A DNA stretch of 63,984 nucleotides, filler included, from Reclinomonas americana ATCC 50394 (GCA_048213135.1; 10 parts of 5 records of this genome joined end to end with filler, not necessarily neighbours in it), one strand, 5' to 3'. Positions 38,309 to 52,283 are shown, counted from the whole stretch's first letter. Program-made: numbers and translations. The notes: generated by a model from the sequence alone, not told the origin.

Positions 38309-40606
38309 TCATCGAGCGACACTTGCAGCAGATCCAGCCGCCGCGCCGCTCAGCTCGGGTCGCCACAAGCGTGCGGTTCCATCAAAACTCGCGGTGACAA
38401 GGGTGGACGTGCCACGATCGAAGCGCATGTCGCGCTGTGAGCGACACGAAATGAGCAACTTGGACATCAGACTTTTTCTCTCTGCGTCTCTCTGCGCATC
38501 GCACGCACCACTTGCTTTGTGTGACCCTCGAGGCGCGTCACTTGCTTTTGTGTCGCCGTGTCCCACACGTACACGTAGCTGCATCGTGGCGCAGCGTGTG
38601 TCAGAGCACAGAGTACAGAAACTGACGGAAACTGCATGCAAGAAAAAATGAACCTGTCGAGCGCTGTGGCGTACACGCAGCGCGAGCCGGCACTGAGCGC
38701 ACACCGCGGCTGGCCGGTGACCTCGTGGTTGTGCACGCCGAAAAAGTTGCGCACCTGGTTGGGGCTGCCGGACTCGAAGAGCACCAGTCGGCCCTTGTCT
38801 GTGGGACGCAATGAGCGAGAGAAAACCATGTGCATATGTGAGCGATAACACGAACCAGTGTTGACCAGCAGCATGCGGCCATCGTCGCTAAACTGCGTGT
38901 CCATGGCCGAGAAGCTCACGTGGTGATCACCGTTGGCGTTCATGTTCACATCCGAGGTCTGCAGCGTCTCCAGGTCCACATAGTGCAACAGATTGTCGTT
39001 GAGACAGGTCACCACGGCGCGCCGTCCGTCCTGCACGACACGCACGGGTGAGGGGTGCGAGGAAACAACGAAATGCAGGCCATAGGGAAGACGCACCGGG
39101 GAAAAGTCAAGAGACTCCACGTTGCTGGCGAATGGGTAGGTCTTGACCAGCGACGCAACGCCTGTGACGGGGTCGAACCTGCAGAGAAGGGGGAAAGGGA
39201 GAGGGGGGGAGGGAGGGAGAAGGGGGAGGGTGAGTGGCTGCAGCAAGAGAAGAAGGGGTGCACGGGAAAGGCAGAAAAGGAAAGGGGAAGAAATACGAGA
39301 CGAGGGAGAGGCAACACGGGAAGAGGGCGAAGCAGCAAGGGAAGAGGTGGAAGCAGCACGGGAAGCGAAGAAAGCGTGGGAAGAGGGAGAAGCTCCACCG
39401 GAAGACAGGAAACAGCGTGGGAAAGGGGGGAGCGGCAGGGGGAGAGGAGGAAGTAACAGGAGGGAGAACGAAAGCAGCGTGTGAGGAAGCAGCAAGGGAA
39501 GCCGTGCTGCTCCTCAAACTTCTTTTGTTGTCGCGCTCCCTCGTCTTCTTCTTTCTCCCCTTCTCCTCCTCCTTTTCCTCGTCTCCCTTTCCCCTTATCC
39601 CCCCACGCAACTCGTACAACTTGCACGACTTGTCATACGAGGCCGTGCCAAACATGCGCCCATTCGGCGACCACCGCACTCGCACCACGAAGCGCGAGTG
39701 ATCCCTCCACCGCGTCAACGACGCCTGTCGCTCCACATGCAGCAGCTGGTGCGAGAAGTCCATGGACGAGGCCAGCACAAACGATCTACACGACGTACAG
39801 TCAGCGACATGGGGGTTGCCGCATGGCTGCGCGGTCGCCCAACGCAACGGATACACGGGATTAATGTCCACCGAGACCACGCCAGCGGAGAAGAGCGCAG
39901 GGAAGGAGGCAATGTTCGCGCCAGTGACAGCATCGGTCACCTGCACCGACTTGTCCACACCACCCGTGGCAAGGTAGCTCACGCCGTGCCCTGTTGCGGA
40001 GAACGCGCGCGCGCGCGTGAGAGGAGAAGCGACAAGGGCGGGTAGGGAGGCAGTCATCCACACCATTGTCGGGGCAGTAGGCCACCGACAGCGGATTGGT
40101 GAGGTGCAACGCGGAGAACTCGCGCACGCATGTGTCTGCATGCACCGGAGGTCCGGTCGCACTCGGATCAGCAGCACGAGTCTGCGCGTGTGAGAAAACG
40201 GAGAGACGAAGAGCATAGACACTATGCACACACACCAGTGCCAGGTCGAGCTCGCGGGCCACAGCACGCGTGTCGTCCAGCTCCCGCATCAGAGTGCTCT
40301 CATAGTGATCAGTCTGCTCACACACGCACACAGTGTCACACAGATGCGCCTCTGCGCTCTCTCTCACACACAGCACTCACGCACCAGTGCAGTCAGCAAC
40401 TCACTGCCACGCGGCAATGCATCCTCCGTGTAGTCGACGCCTCTGTGTGTGTGTGTAAGAGACAAGTGTGTGAGAATAAAAAAAAGAGTGGACGAGGATG
40501 CCGCGTGTTGCATGCACCCTTCCTCCTGGAACGTGCGCAGAGTACGCGAGTAGCCGTTCTCGGAGAGGTACTGCAGCACGTACAGCTTGATCCGCTTGTC
40601 GTCCAT
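38309..40606 (-). CDS. LisH + WD40-repeat protein, multi-exon
   Basis: IKLYVLQYLSENGYSRTLRTFQEE (LisH); YLATGGVDKSVQV, VRWSPNGRMFGTASYDKSCKLY, LEGHTKQV, VTASFDGTARLW. Confidence 0.85.
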
Positions 40607-40650
40607 TTCTCACTCACAAGGAAAATGAATCTTTGTTGGTTTCGTTTTCA

Positions 40651-41821
40651 TTATGTGGGCGACGACGGTCCTTCCTCTGTACCGCCGACACCACCACCAC
40701 TACTACTACCGCTTCCCTCGCCTCCGATCATGTAGTCTGGAGGCAGTGGGAAGGAGGCGGAGGACGACTCGGCCACGGCCAACCAATCGGCATCCACGTC
40801 CGAATCATCGCTGTCGCCGTCGCCTCCATCGTCACCCGCCGCCACTGCTGCCTGGTTCCGCAGTTGCCATCGCTCCATCACCAGCATGGTCTGCGCTCGT
40901 ACGAGTGCATGTGTCAGGAAACAACACGCTGCAAAAAACAAAGATGACAATCGCGGAGATACAAGACCTTAAAGTACTCGTACACGCGCTCCGGCGCCAT
41001 CTGTAACCTCGCCGCCAAGCGCAGCCGTCGTCGCTGCGAGGGTCGTCGTGGTTTGCGTCGGAACGCGGCCTCCAGCAGCAACATCTGCACGCGCGCGAGA
41101 GAGATAGAGATAGAGATTCGTCAAAAGACGGGGTCCACAAACGGCAATACAAGTGAGGCACAGAGAGGGATACGCACTTGCACGTCTCGCCGCATGCGCG
41201 GTCGCCCTCGTGCCAGCCGCCGCTCCGCCCCACGTATTCTCGTCTGCATGCACAGGGAAGACAGGTGTCAGAAAACGATACAAAAAGACAAGCGGAAAAA
41301 TGCTGCAGCAGTGCATACCAGACGACGAAGAGGTTCTCTTGTCAACTGCCACCACGACAAACATGTGAGCACCCAGCCACGCACACACAGTGTGAGTGAG
41401 AGAGAGAGATGCGCGACACACACCGTTTGTTGATCGCAGACAACTGAATCCTCCTGCATGGCCTCCACTGCCACTGCACTCCCCTCCGCCTCTCTTCTCT
41501 CCACTGACTGTTGTTGTTGTTGCTGCGCGTGTTTGCGACACACAGACTCCTCGCCCGCCTGTCCGCTGTGGCACCCACAAACGCACGCCACCTTCTCACA
41601 CACACATGAGAGTCACAGCACAGGCAGTGTGAGAGAGAGACAAGTGTGCGCTGACCTCTGAGATGCGCATGGTGGCCACTGCACTTTGCAGTGCATTCAC
41701 CTCCTCAGCCTTCTCCTCTCCCGACTCCGCCTCAACCGCACTCAACACTTGTTGTTGTTGTTGCTCCCAGTGCACCACACGTGGAGGTCGCATGGTCACT
41801 GCGCTGCCCTCTTGTTGCATG
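40651..41821 (-). CDS. Hypothetical multi-exon protein
   Basis: Coding-like segments (VLSAVEAESGEEKAEEVNAL; LVMERWQLRNQ...DYMIGG) separated by microsatellite introns. Confidence 0.35.
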
Positions 41822-42266
41822 TGTCCACCACACAGAGAGAGAGAACGTGTGTGTGTGCGTTGAGAGAGAGTTGTGAAATTATTCCGCACACTCCGTACGC
41901 TCTCTTCCGTCTCTCTTGTTAATATGTGTGCGTGCACACTCGCCACTCACTTGCGAGTGCGTGCGTACACGGAGAGAGAGAGTGTGTGTGTGGGTGCGTG
42001 CGTGTGCTCTCTGTCAAAAAACGAGTGCGCGTGAGGTCGCAAATCGTTCGGGTAAAAGGCAACTTGAGGGCGTGTTGCATGAAAATGGCAATTTCTGCGT
42101 CTTCACATTCCGCTCACTCTCTGCACCACTGCGTCTCTCTCTCCCTCCCTCCCTCCGTCTCTGACATGGTGTTATACATGCCCGCAAACCCCCACGTGTT
42201 TGTACTCCACAACTTCGGTATCTTCCTGCTTTCCTTTTCCTCCTTGGCCAATTATCCCGACTCTCT

Positions 42267-42426
42267 TCACGTCTGCATCACTGTGGCGTTCTCCAGCTGA
42301 GCTTGTGAGATGGTCAGCGAGTTGTCGGTGAGCAGCTCGCGAGTGGCTCCGTTAAGCAATTGGAACGCCTGGCCTGGCGACGACAGCGAGGCGGCGTAGA
42401 GACGCAAGTCGCCTACCGTGTGGCGA
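42267..42426 (-). CDS. C-terminus of a UBX-domain protein (p47/Shp1-like)
   Basis: HTVGDLRLYAASLSSPGQAFQLLNGATRELLTDNSLTISQAQLENATVMQT*. Confidence 0.6.
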
Positions 42427-42526
42427 NNNNNNNNNNNNNNNNNNNNNNNNNNNNNNNNNNNNNNNNNNNNTTAATTAATTAANNNNNNNNNNNNNNNNNN
42501 NNNNNNNNNNNNNNNNNNNNNNNNNN

Positions 42527-42813
42527 CCAGCGGTCCCAACAGTCGAGTTGAGTCGCCGCTGCCGAGTGCTTTGCACCGCTGCTATAGCGTGCCTGTCTCA
42601 TCGTGGCGCACTTTCACACAGGGCATTCTCAACGGCGGCTACGGCTACGTCGGCCTCACTGGTGCCGTCGGACAAGTCACCAGCACCATTGACATAATAT
42701 CCTGGGCCGTGTGCGATAAACCGTTGCGTGTGCCACTGCTGCTGCTGCTTTGCTGTATGGCGACGGTGCTCACTGTGGCCTCCAATGTCTCACAGCGGCT
42801 GTGTAGCATACTA
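42527..42813 (+). CDS. C-terminus of an L-type (legume/ConA-like) lectin-domain protein
   Basis: GYGYVGLTGAVGQVTSTIDIISWAV resembles the YVGFTAATG...HDILSW terminal strands. Confidence 0.55.
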
Positions 42814-42921
42814 AGTAAACTGCAAGATGATCGATCCATCGCGTCCGTTGTCCTCTCGCTCCTCGCTGCGTTCATTCCCTGTGTGTGTTTGCTTGGGCGA
42901 GTGTGCGTCCGTGCCGTCGGC

Positions 42922-45900
42922 ATGTACCCCGCACTCAACTCCCTCGCCGACGCGTACTGCTGTCCGGGGTATCTCACAAAACCACCAGCTCGTCTCTCCC
43001 TCCAGTGAATCCGTGCATCATTCTGCGTGTGTGCAGGTGCTTCACCTTTGTTGGCGACTCGTTCCGTCTGTGCCCCAGCGGAACACACACTGTATGCCAA
43101 CAGGTGTGGCGGTGAAAACAACGTGTGTGTGTGTGTGATCGCACATTGTCGACTGATGAGACGATCCAACGCAGTGCTTCCGTGCGTGCAAGCGCAAGCC
43201 GCAGGATCTGTGTGGCTGTGGAAAGTTGACGGGCGAGAACGCCGCCCGCCCGCCAGCCTTCCTTGTGCGTCAGCACATTGATGTGGCGGCGTACTACTCA
43301 CAGTGGGGATGCGAATGGCGCGGATTCTCCGGCGGCGATCTCGAGTCGCACATCACGTCGTGTCCGTACGCTCGCATGGGCATGTTTGTGCGTGACGTGC
43401 AGGCCGAGGTGCGCTCCGTGTAACTCTGCGACAGCGAGTGTGTTTTGGTTTGCTGAGGGTCGATCAGATATCGAAACTGGGCAAGGTGATCTTTGCGGAG
43501 CGTCGTGCCCGCCAGCGCATGAAGCCGGTGCTGTGCAAGATGGCGCGTCGTGTGTCCAACATGAAGAAACAGATGGGCGGCGGGGGTGGAGGTGGCGGTG
43601 CGCATCGTGCGAGCGCAGCTGCAGCAGCAGCACCACCACCACCACATTCGCCGGCTGCACCGTTGTCGGCGACTGCGAACGGTGAGCCGGCTGCAGACCT
43701 CGGTGCTGCTGCTGTTGCTGCTGCGACGCCTGCCTCGGCCACTCCATACATGGACGACGACGACGATGACTTGGACATGCTGGCAGAGGCGTCGGACGAC
43801 GAGCAGATGGACGAGCGCCTGTTTGGCGGCATGGCCATGGAGTATCACGTGGGTGACGATGACGACGATGGCGGTGGCGGTGCTGGCGATCAAGCGGATG
43901 GCGACGATGGAGATGAGGAGGTGGATGAGGATGAAGGAGAGGAGGAGCACGGATCGGCGCCGATGTCCAAGTCGGAGATGGACGCGCTGTTCTCCATCAA
44001 GGACGAGACCATCCCCAGCGCCACTGCAGCGCAACGGACGCCGGAATCACTGGCTGCTGCGGCCGCGGCGGCACTCAAGCGTGTGGACTCGACGCAGGAC
44101 ACCACCGATCCACACGCCAACGAGGTGGATGCCGACTTTTCTGATGTGCTGGAAGCGGAACGACGGGAGAACGTGCATCGCATGGAGGCGGAGCGGAAGC
44201 GTCTTTCGTCGTCAGCATCGATGCGTTCTGTTTCCACGGCAGCCTCCAGTGTGCCACCACCACCACTTCCGCTGGCCTCCCGACCGCCGGCGACTCGCAA
44301 GGCTGGCACTCAAGGCGCAGCTGCAGGCGGAGGAGCCGCGGCCAAGCCGAAGCGCAAGGGCAAGAAGACCAAGACTGCCGCTGCGGCCGGCAAGACCACC
44401 ACCACCACCGCTGCCGCTGCTACTGCAGCAGATGGGGGAGCGGTGGGAGATGGTCGTAAGAAGAAGACAAGCACGGCAGTCGGCGGTGCTGCCAGTGGCA
44501 GTCGTCTCGCTGGCAAACGAGTGGGTATTGTGCAACCGCCGCTTCATTCGCCGCCCAAGTCGTCCACCGGCACACCCATGCCGAAACTGCCGTCGTCGCC
44601 CACCGTGCGACCGTCGTCTGCGCTCTCGCAGTCGTCGGTCAGTTCGCTGACCACCAGCGTGCGGAGTTCGCAGGTATGTATGGCTTGCATTTCACTCACG
44701 TGATCTTTCCTAATTCCTCCATCTCGTCCTGCATCAGCGACTGCCACCACTGGAATCACCGCCGTCGTCGCGACCGGTACAGCTGTGGGATCTGCACGAT
44801 CCCGCTGTGCTTCTTGGGCAGGCACTGGTTCCGTGCCCGACCTTGTCCGATGTTACCTTTGGAGTGGTCGTGGAGGCCATTGGGCAGGTGCTTGAGTGGC
44901 CACCCGACCGCATCCGCCTCACGCTGCCTGCACTGTTGCGTCGGCAGTGTGCCTGTGCATGTCTATGGTAACGTGTCAGCGAACCATTAATGATTGTTTG
45001 GCGTGCGCAGGAATAGCCAAGGACCTCGAAGACTTGCTGTCAAGAGCACAGATCACCAGGCACTTCGCGACCTGTTTGGTCGCAGTGTCGAGGCGCGCCG
45101 TCTCTTTGTTGAGCGACTGGAGCGACCACTGAACGAGCTGGAGAATCGTCGTGAGTTCGTGGTCCAATTCTTCAACTCTGCCGCCGAGCCCGAGGTACGC
45201 TGTGCACGACGAGTTATTATGCGCATCATCATTCCGCGTTGTATATCTCAACGGCATGCTGGCGACGCAGAGTCAAGTGAGTGCTCTGGTGAGTGACGAG
45301 GGCACCGTGGAGGACCTGCTGCTTGAGGTTGTGCGGCAGTTGGGACTGGACGCAGAGGCGCATCAGCTGCGCTTGATGGGCGTGCAGGATGGCCGACTCA
45401 CGCGAGTCTACAATCTGGGCGACGTGCTCGAGTGGGTGCTGGAGAGCGACCTGCGGGTGGAGGTGCGATTACTGTGTCTGCACACATCTCCACACACCGC
45501 AACTGCTCACGAACACCTCGCACGTACACGCAGGCAATTCCAGAGAGCGAGAGACCGGAGAACAGAGCAGAAGGCGACCAGTTGCTGGAAGTCCGACGCT
45601 ATCACAACAACGCAGCGGAGGGTGCTCCTGTAGAGCCGTCGTTCTTTGGGCACAGCTTCCTGCTGCTGGTCAATCCAAATGAGTCGTTTGCCGACATGTG
45701 GCTCCGCGTGCAAGACAAGCTCGCTCCGCAGTCCGAAATGTTCAAGCTCTCGGTGCTGGTCGGCAAGCGTGCATATCACTTCCCACCAGGTGCGTGCCCA
45801 TGGTCCAAGCTGTGTGTGATTCCCCCTCCACCTCATCCTGTCCTCTCCCCACGCACAGCCGAACAGGTGCTGGCCAGCTTGGACGCCGTGCGCCAGCAAG

Positions 45901-46007
45901 CTGAATCACCGTCGGCATCTCAGCCGAGCCGGCCTGCAATGCAGCCGGTAATCGGTCTGGAATACGGCCCGACAGCCTCCTCACGCAGCCTAATACCGCC
46001 ACTGTAG
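42922..46007 (+). CDS. RING-like + TRAF/SIAH-type Zn finger + acidic/low-complexity linker + USP7-like C-terminal UBL domains
   Basis: CCPGC...LCPSGTHTVCQQ|C; WGCEWRG...LESHITSCPY; PLNELENRREFVVQFFN, LRVE|AIPESE, FFGHSFLLLVNPNESFADMWLRVQDKL, IGLEY; the junctions checked are in frame. Confidence 0.7.
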
Positions 46008-46143
46008 GAACACAGATGTGCTGCGGAAAAAAAGTGACAATACCTTTGAATGGAGTGTGGCCAACATTTTCGCCAATGATGCATTCCCTTTGCTTCGACC
46101 TCCACATTCCTCGTCAATGCGATTGTGTAAAAAATTTTCGCTA

Positions 46144-48245
46144 CTACTGCTCGCCTTCCTCGGGTATTGGTGCGGCGCCGGTCTTGTAGTGCTGGAACGA
46201 CTCGACTTTTGTCATGCCACGCCCAGAGCCGACCACGCCCACCTGCACGAGCAACAGCACATGGTGAGACAACACTTCTTGGCGCGGCATTGACAGACGC
46301 TCGCACCTTGCCGTCAACCGTGTCAGGTGACTTGAATATGCTCTCGCGTCCAGTGACCTTTTTGCCAGGCTTCTTGCCTGTGGCATGCGATGAGAACAGA
46401 CTCCACACACGCAATCATTCGGACCACACACAGACACGTACCAAGGAACTTCTTCCACGACTCCTGCTTCTTCTTGACCTCCTTGTCCTTCTCCTCGTCT
46501 CGCTTGACACGCTTCTCCTTCTTCTTCTGCTTCTTGAGCTTCTCCAATCGCTCCTCCTGTCATCGTCGACATCACGTGAGCACAGAGAAGGGGCAGACAG
46601 ATGCATGGTGGAACGCAACATCCACATTGCCGGGTCGCTTCTTGCCCGAGAGTCCTGGCATGGTGATGCTGGGTGCCTCGGCACCACGCGCCCCCACCGA
46701 CAGAATGCCCAACTCATCGATCGGCCGAATCGAGTGCTCGTCCACCTGCCAGCGTTCAGTGAGTGAACATGCACACACACAACGATCACGCACAGTGCAC
46801 CGACAGACCTCTTGCAATCCGCCGCCCTTGGGGAACGTGACCCAGTATGTGTGACCGTCCTTTGATGGTGCATCCACCGTCTGCCGACACACAAAAGTGA
46901 GGTCNNNNNNNNNNNNNNNNNNNNNNNNNNNNNNNNNNNNNNNNNNNNNNNNNNNNNNNNNNNNNNNNNNNNNNNNNNNNNNNNNNNNNNNNNNNNNNNN
47001 NNNNNNNNNNNNNNNNNNNNNNNNNNNNNNNNNNNNNNNNNNNNNNNNNNNNNNNNNNNNNNNNNNNNNNNNNNNNNNNNNNNNNNNNNNNNNNNNNNNN
47101 NNNNNNNNNNNNNNNNNNNNNNNNNNNNNNNNNNNNNNNNNNNNNNNNNNNNNNNNNNNNNNNNNNNNNNNNNNNNNNNNNNNNNNNNNNNNNNNNNNNN
47201 NNNNNNNNNNNNNNNNNNNNNNNNNNNNNNNNNNNNNNNNNNNNNNNNNNNNNNNNNNNNNNNNNNNNNNNNNNNNNNNNNNNNNNNNNNNNNNNNNNNN
47301 NNNNNNNNNNNNNNNNNNNNNNNNNNNNNNNNNNNNNNNNNNNNNNNNNNNNNNNNNNNNNNNNNNNNNNNNNNNNNNNNNNNNNNNNNNNNNNNNNNNN
47401 NNNNNNNNNNNNNNNNNNNNNNNNNNNNNNNNNNNNNNNNNNNNNNNNNNNNNNNNNNNNNNNNNNNNNNNNNNNNNNNNNNNNNNNNNNNNNNNNNNNN
47501 NNNNNNNNNNNNNNNNNNNNNNNNNNNNNNNNNNNNNNNNNNNNNNNNNNNNNNNNNNNNNNNNNNNNNNNNNNNNNNNNNNNNNNNNNNNNNNNNNNNN
47601 NNNNNNNNNNNNNNNNNNNNNNNNNNNNNNNNNNNNNNNNNNNNNNNNNNNNNNNNNNNNNNNNNNNNNNNNNNNNNNNNNNNGGTGGCGGAATACCAAG
47701 ACACAGATCACCACCACGCACCGCCGTGGTGAATGTGCCGTAGCGCTCATCAACCGCGTAGCACGCCGCACCAGCCTGTAGCCGGGTGACATCGGGTGGC
47801 GCCCAGGCATGCAAGCGGTTCACCTGCAGCCTCACTGGCTTCTGATCAAAGCCGTGATACCTGGGCGTGGACAGCAGCGTGTCAGCCACAGTGCAGGAGA
47901 GAGACAGACAGCGTGTTGTGCACGCAACTCCACTGTGTACTCCAGTTTGCTGTGCTTCTCAGTGACGCGCGCCGTGTACCATCGCTTGTCTCTCTCGTAG
48001 TACGCCAGCACCCAGTCGCTGATACCATACTCGGCCGCATTGGCCTCCTGCACTCGCCCCCAACACAACGCTCAGATCACTGTAACACACACAGAGAGAG
48101 GAAGAGAGGGAGAGAGAGAGTGACTGACCAGCTCGGCCAGACGCACTGCCTCCGCCTCTGCTTGCCGCGCTGCTGCCTGCGCCGCCAACACCTCCTCTTG
48201 CTGCTTGACTGCAATCACTTGCCGTGTAATGGTAATGTACTTGAC
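46144..48245 (-). CDS. SMNDC1: SPF30/SMNDC1-like Tudor splicing factor, central and C-terminal part
   Basis: Tudor-like WVLAYYERDKRWYTARV; C-terminal KQESWKKF...RESIFKSPDTVDGK|VGVVGSGRGMT. Confidence 0.85.
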
Positions 48246-48283
48246 NNNNNNNNNNNNNNNNNNNNTTGCCCTCACGCACTCAC

Positions 48284-49704
48284 TCATGCATGTGTGTGCT
48301 CGCCTGGACCGTGGTTGCACGCGTCAGTGTGCACGTGCTCTGTCAAACCGTACATCTCCAACACTCGTGACCTCCAGTAGAAATGGAAGGCGTCCCGTTG
48401 GCCCGACAGTCGAGCGTGAATGGCGTGCACGGCGTCCACAGAGATGACCACAAAGTCGGCCTTCAGCAGCGAATACACATTGAGGCCATCAACCTCCAGC
48501 CAGTCGACGCCCACCAGATTCTGAGAGGCGCGCTGCACTTGCAACTGCAACCGGAGGGAGGACAAAATGAGCAAACCACCGACACTGACGCACACACAAG
48601 AGACGCAACGCCAACAAATGGAGCTCCGATAAACAGCACCGAGTTCAGCGTGGTCTTGCCGCCGTGTACTTGCGACGGCAGTTTCAGGTTGGACGGAAGG
48701 GAGGAGGGCTCGTCGTCTGCAGCGGCCTCTCCGGGCTCGCTCTTACTCGTGGCAGCCATTTCGGCAAGAGGTGGCGCCTGCAACGCCTCCGGCAACAACA
48801 GCGGTCCCCTGACGGTCAGACCCCAGTTCTCCAATGTCTGCCGCACCTCCTTGGTCTTGATGATCTCCTCTTCTGCCACACACACACTCCATGAATCACC
48901 GCCCTGCGTGCACACACTGCGAGCGAGAGACGCAACGCTTGAAGTTGTTGACGAACGCTGCGTCGGCAAGCGAATCCACAATCACCAAGCGACCCTGCTG
49001 CAAGCGCGCCGACAGCGCGTGTGCCAAGCCGAGTGCGCGCACCTTTCTAGGTAGTGAGTAGTCGTAGCTGCGTGCACGCGGTCCGTGCGCCTTGCCACCA
49101 CCGCGAAACAGCGGCGCCTTGCGATTTCCGTGACTGTGACACTTCCCCGAGTCAGCAGAGGCGGGAGAGAGGAGGCGTGAAGCGAGGGTAGGAGGCGACA
49201 CACGCACCGAGCATTGCCCGATCCCTTCTGCGGCTGGAACTTCTTGCTGGTACCAATGACCTCGCTTCTCGTCTTTGATTGCGCAGATCCCTGTGCGATA
49301 CGACACACACACAGTCAATCACCTGCTCGCCCACATGAACGATAGGTGGCGCAATGGGGGCCACAGAACTGCACGCTTCTTGGCCAACTGCCACACGACG
49401 ACTCGTTGCAGAATGTCGGGTCGCACTGGATCACGCAGAAACACATCCGGGTCCAGCACAATCTCTCCCGTTCGTGACTTGCTCAGCAAGTTGAACACAG
49501 GGAACACAACGCCATCGCTCAGTGCTGCTCGTGCAACGAGCGCGTGAGTACGAGGAGAAGAGGAGAAACGCCATGTCGCACATGTGTGTGCACTTAAAAC
49601 GACGCACCAAATGGATTGGGGACCGCAGCCGCTGGTATGTCAGTGGCCGCCACTGTAGGCACCTTGTGCACCACAGTGGAGAACAACCGGCGCAGCCACA
49701 GCAT
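48284..49704 (-). CDS. MRPL4: Mitochondrial ribosomal protein uL4m, copy 1
   Basis: Presequence [83 protein letters not shown]. Confidence 0.9.
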
Positions 49705-49770
49705 CGAGGGATACAAACACACTGCACACGTCATCATCGCAACTGTCCCTTCACACACTCACACGTCGAC

Positions 49771-49961
49771 ATGGACGAGTACTCACTCGAGCAGCTGGAG
49801 CAGACACTGCGTGACTATGAAGGGCAGCTGGCCACAGTGGAGGCACTGCTGCAGCAGGTGCGTATGCGCACGCCCACCATGCACAGCAGTCCACACTCAA
49901 GTTGAATGTGCGCGCGCAGAGTCCAGGCAACCCGCAGGCACTGAGCCTCCACGAGCAGATT
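49771..49961 (+). CDS. SMNDC1: N-terminal exons of the SPF30-like gene (copy 1; copy 2 at 52353-52555)
   Basis: MDEYSLEQLEQTLRDYEGQLATVEALLQQ|SPGNPQALSLHEQI matches the SPF30 N-terminal helix pattern. Confidence 0.7.
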
Positions 49962-50828
49962 NNNNNNNNNNNNNNNNNNNNNNNNNNNNNNNNNNNNNNN
50001 NNNNNNNNNNNNNNNNNNNNNNNNNNNNNNNNNNNNNNNNNNNNNNNNNNNNNNNNNNNNNNNNNNNNNNNNNNNNNNNNNNNNNNNNNNNNNNNNNNNN
50101 NNNNNNNNNNNNNNNNNNNNNNNNNNNNNNNNNNNNNNNNNNNNNNNNNNNNNNNNNNNNNNNNNNNNNNNNNNNNNNNNNNNNNNNNNNNNNNNNNNNN
50201 NNNNNNNNNNNNNNNNNNNNNNNNNNNNNNNNNNNNNNNNNNNNNNNNNNNNNNNNNNNNNNNNNNNNNNNNNNNNNNNNNNNNNNNNNNNNNNNNNNNN
50301 NNNNNNNNNNNNNNNNNNNNNNNNNNNNNNNNNNNNNNNNNNNNNNNNNNNNNNNNNNNNNNNNNNNNNNNNNNNNNNNNNNNNNNNNNNNNNNNNNNNN
50401 NNNNNNNNNNNNNNNNNNNNNNNNNNNNNNNNNNNNNNNNNNNNNNNNNNNNNNNNNNNNNNNNNNNNNNNNNNNNNNNNNNNNNNNNNNNNNNNNNNNN
50501 NNNNNNNNNNNNNNNNNNNNNNNNNNNNNNNNNNNNNNNNNNNNNNNNNNNNNNNNNNNNNNNNNNNNNNNNNNNNNNNNNNNNNNNNNNNNNNNNNNNN
50601 NNNNNNNNNNNNNNNNNNNNNNNNNNNNNNNNNNNNNNNNNNNNNNNNNNNNNNNNNNNNNNNNNNNNNNNNNNNNNNNNNNNNNNNNNNNNNNNNNNNN
50701 NNNNNNNNNNNNNNNNNNNNNNNNNNNNNNNNNNNNNNNNNNNNNNNNNNNNNNNNNNNNNNNNNNNNNNNNNNNNNNNNNNNNNNNNNNNNNNNNNNNN
50801 NNNNNNNNNCTTGCCCTCACGCACTCAC

Positions 50829-51429
50829 TCATGCATGTGTGTGCTCGCCTGGACCGTGGTTGCACGCGTCAGTGTGCACGTGCTCTGTCAAACCGTACAT
50901 CTCCAACACTCGTGACCTCCAGTAGAAATGGAAGGCGTCCCGTTGGCCTGACAGTCGAGCGTGAATGGCGTGCACGGCGTCCACAGAGATGACCACAAAG
51001 TCGGCCTTCAGCAGCGAATACACATTGAGGCCATCAACCTCCAGCCAGTCGACGCCCACCAGATTCTGAGAGGCGCGCTGCACTTGCAACTGCAACCGGG
51101 AGGGAGGACGAATGAGCAAACGCACATACACACCGACACCGACGCACACACAAGAGACGCAACGCCAACAAATGGAGCTCCGATAAACAGCACCGAGTTC
51201 AGCGTGGTCTTGCCGCCGTGTACTTGCGACGGCAGCTTCAGGTTGGACGGAAGGGAGGAGGACTCGTCGTCTGCAGCGGCCTCTCCGGGCTCGCTCTTAC
51301 TCGTGGCAGCCATTTCGGCAAGAGGTGGCGCCTGCAACGCCTCCGGCAACAACAGCGGTCCCCTGACGGTCAGACCCCAGTTCTCCAATGTCTGCCGCAC
51401 CTCCTTGGTCTTGATGATCTCCTCTTCTG

Positions 51430-51463
<34 letters not shown>

Positions 51464-52283
51464 CATGAATCACCGCCCTGCGTGCACACACTGCGAGCGA
51501 GAGACGCAACGCTTGAAGTTGTTGACGAACGCTGCGTCGGCAAGCGAATCCACAATCACCAAGCGACCCTGCTGCAAGCGCGCCGACAGCGCGTGTGCCA
51601 AGCCGAGTGCGCGCACCTTTCTAGGTAGTGAGTAGTCGTAGCTGCGTGCACGCGGTCCGTGCGCCTTGCCACCACCGCGAAACAATGGCGCCTTGCGATT
51701 TCCGTGACTGTGACACTTCCCCGAGTCAGCAGAGGCGGGAGGGAGGAGGCGTGAAGCGAGGGTAGGAGGCGACACACGCACCGAGCATTGCCCGATCCCT
51801 TCTGCGGCTGGAACTTCTTGCTGGTACCAATGACCTCGCTTCTCGTCTTTGATTGCGCAGATCCCTGTGCGATACGACACACACACACACACAGTCAATC
51901 ACCTGCTCGCCCACATGAACGATAGGTGGCGCACTGGGGGCCACAGAACTGCACGCTTCTTGGCCAACTGCCACACGACGACTCGTTGCAGAATGTCGGG
52001 TCGCACTGGATCACGCAGAAACACATCCGGGTCCAGCACAATCTCTCCCGTTCGTGACTTGCTCAGCAAGTTGAACACAGGGAACACAACGCCATCGCTC
52101 AGTGCTGCTCGTGCAACGAGTGAGTGAGTACGAGGAGAAGAGGAGCAACGCCATGTCGCACATGTGTGTGCACTTAAACGACGCACCAAATGGATTGGGG
52201 ACCGCAGCCGCTGGTATGTCAGTGGCCGCCACTGTAGGCACCTTGTGCACCACAGTGGAGAACAACCGGCGCAGCCACAGCAT
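50829..52283 (-). CDS. MRPL4: Mitochondrial ribosomal protein uL4m, copy 2 (probably allelic)
   Basis: Same motifs as copy 1, with a few substitutions (DEPSS versus DESSS). Confidence 0.85.
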
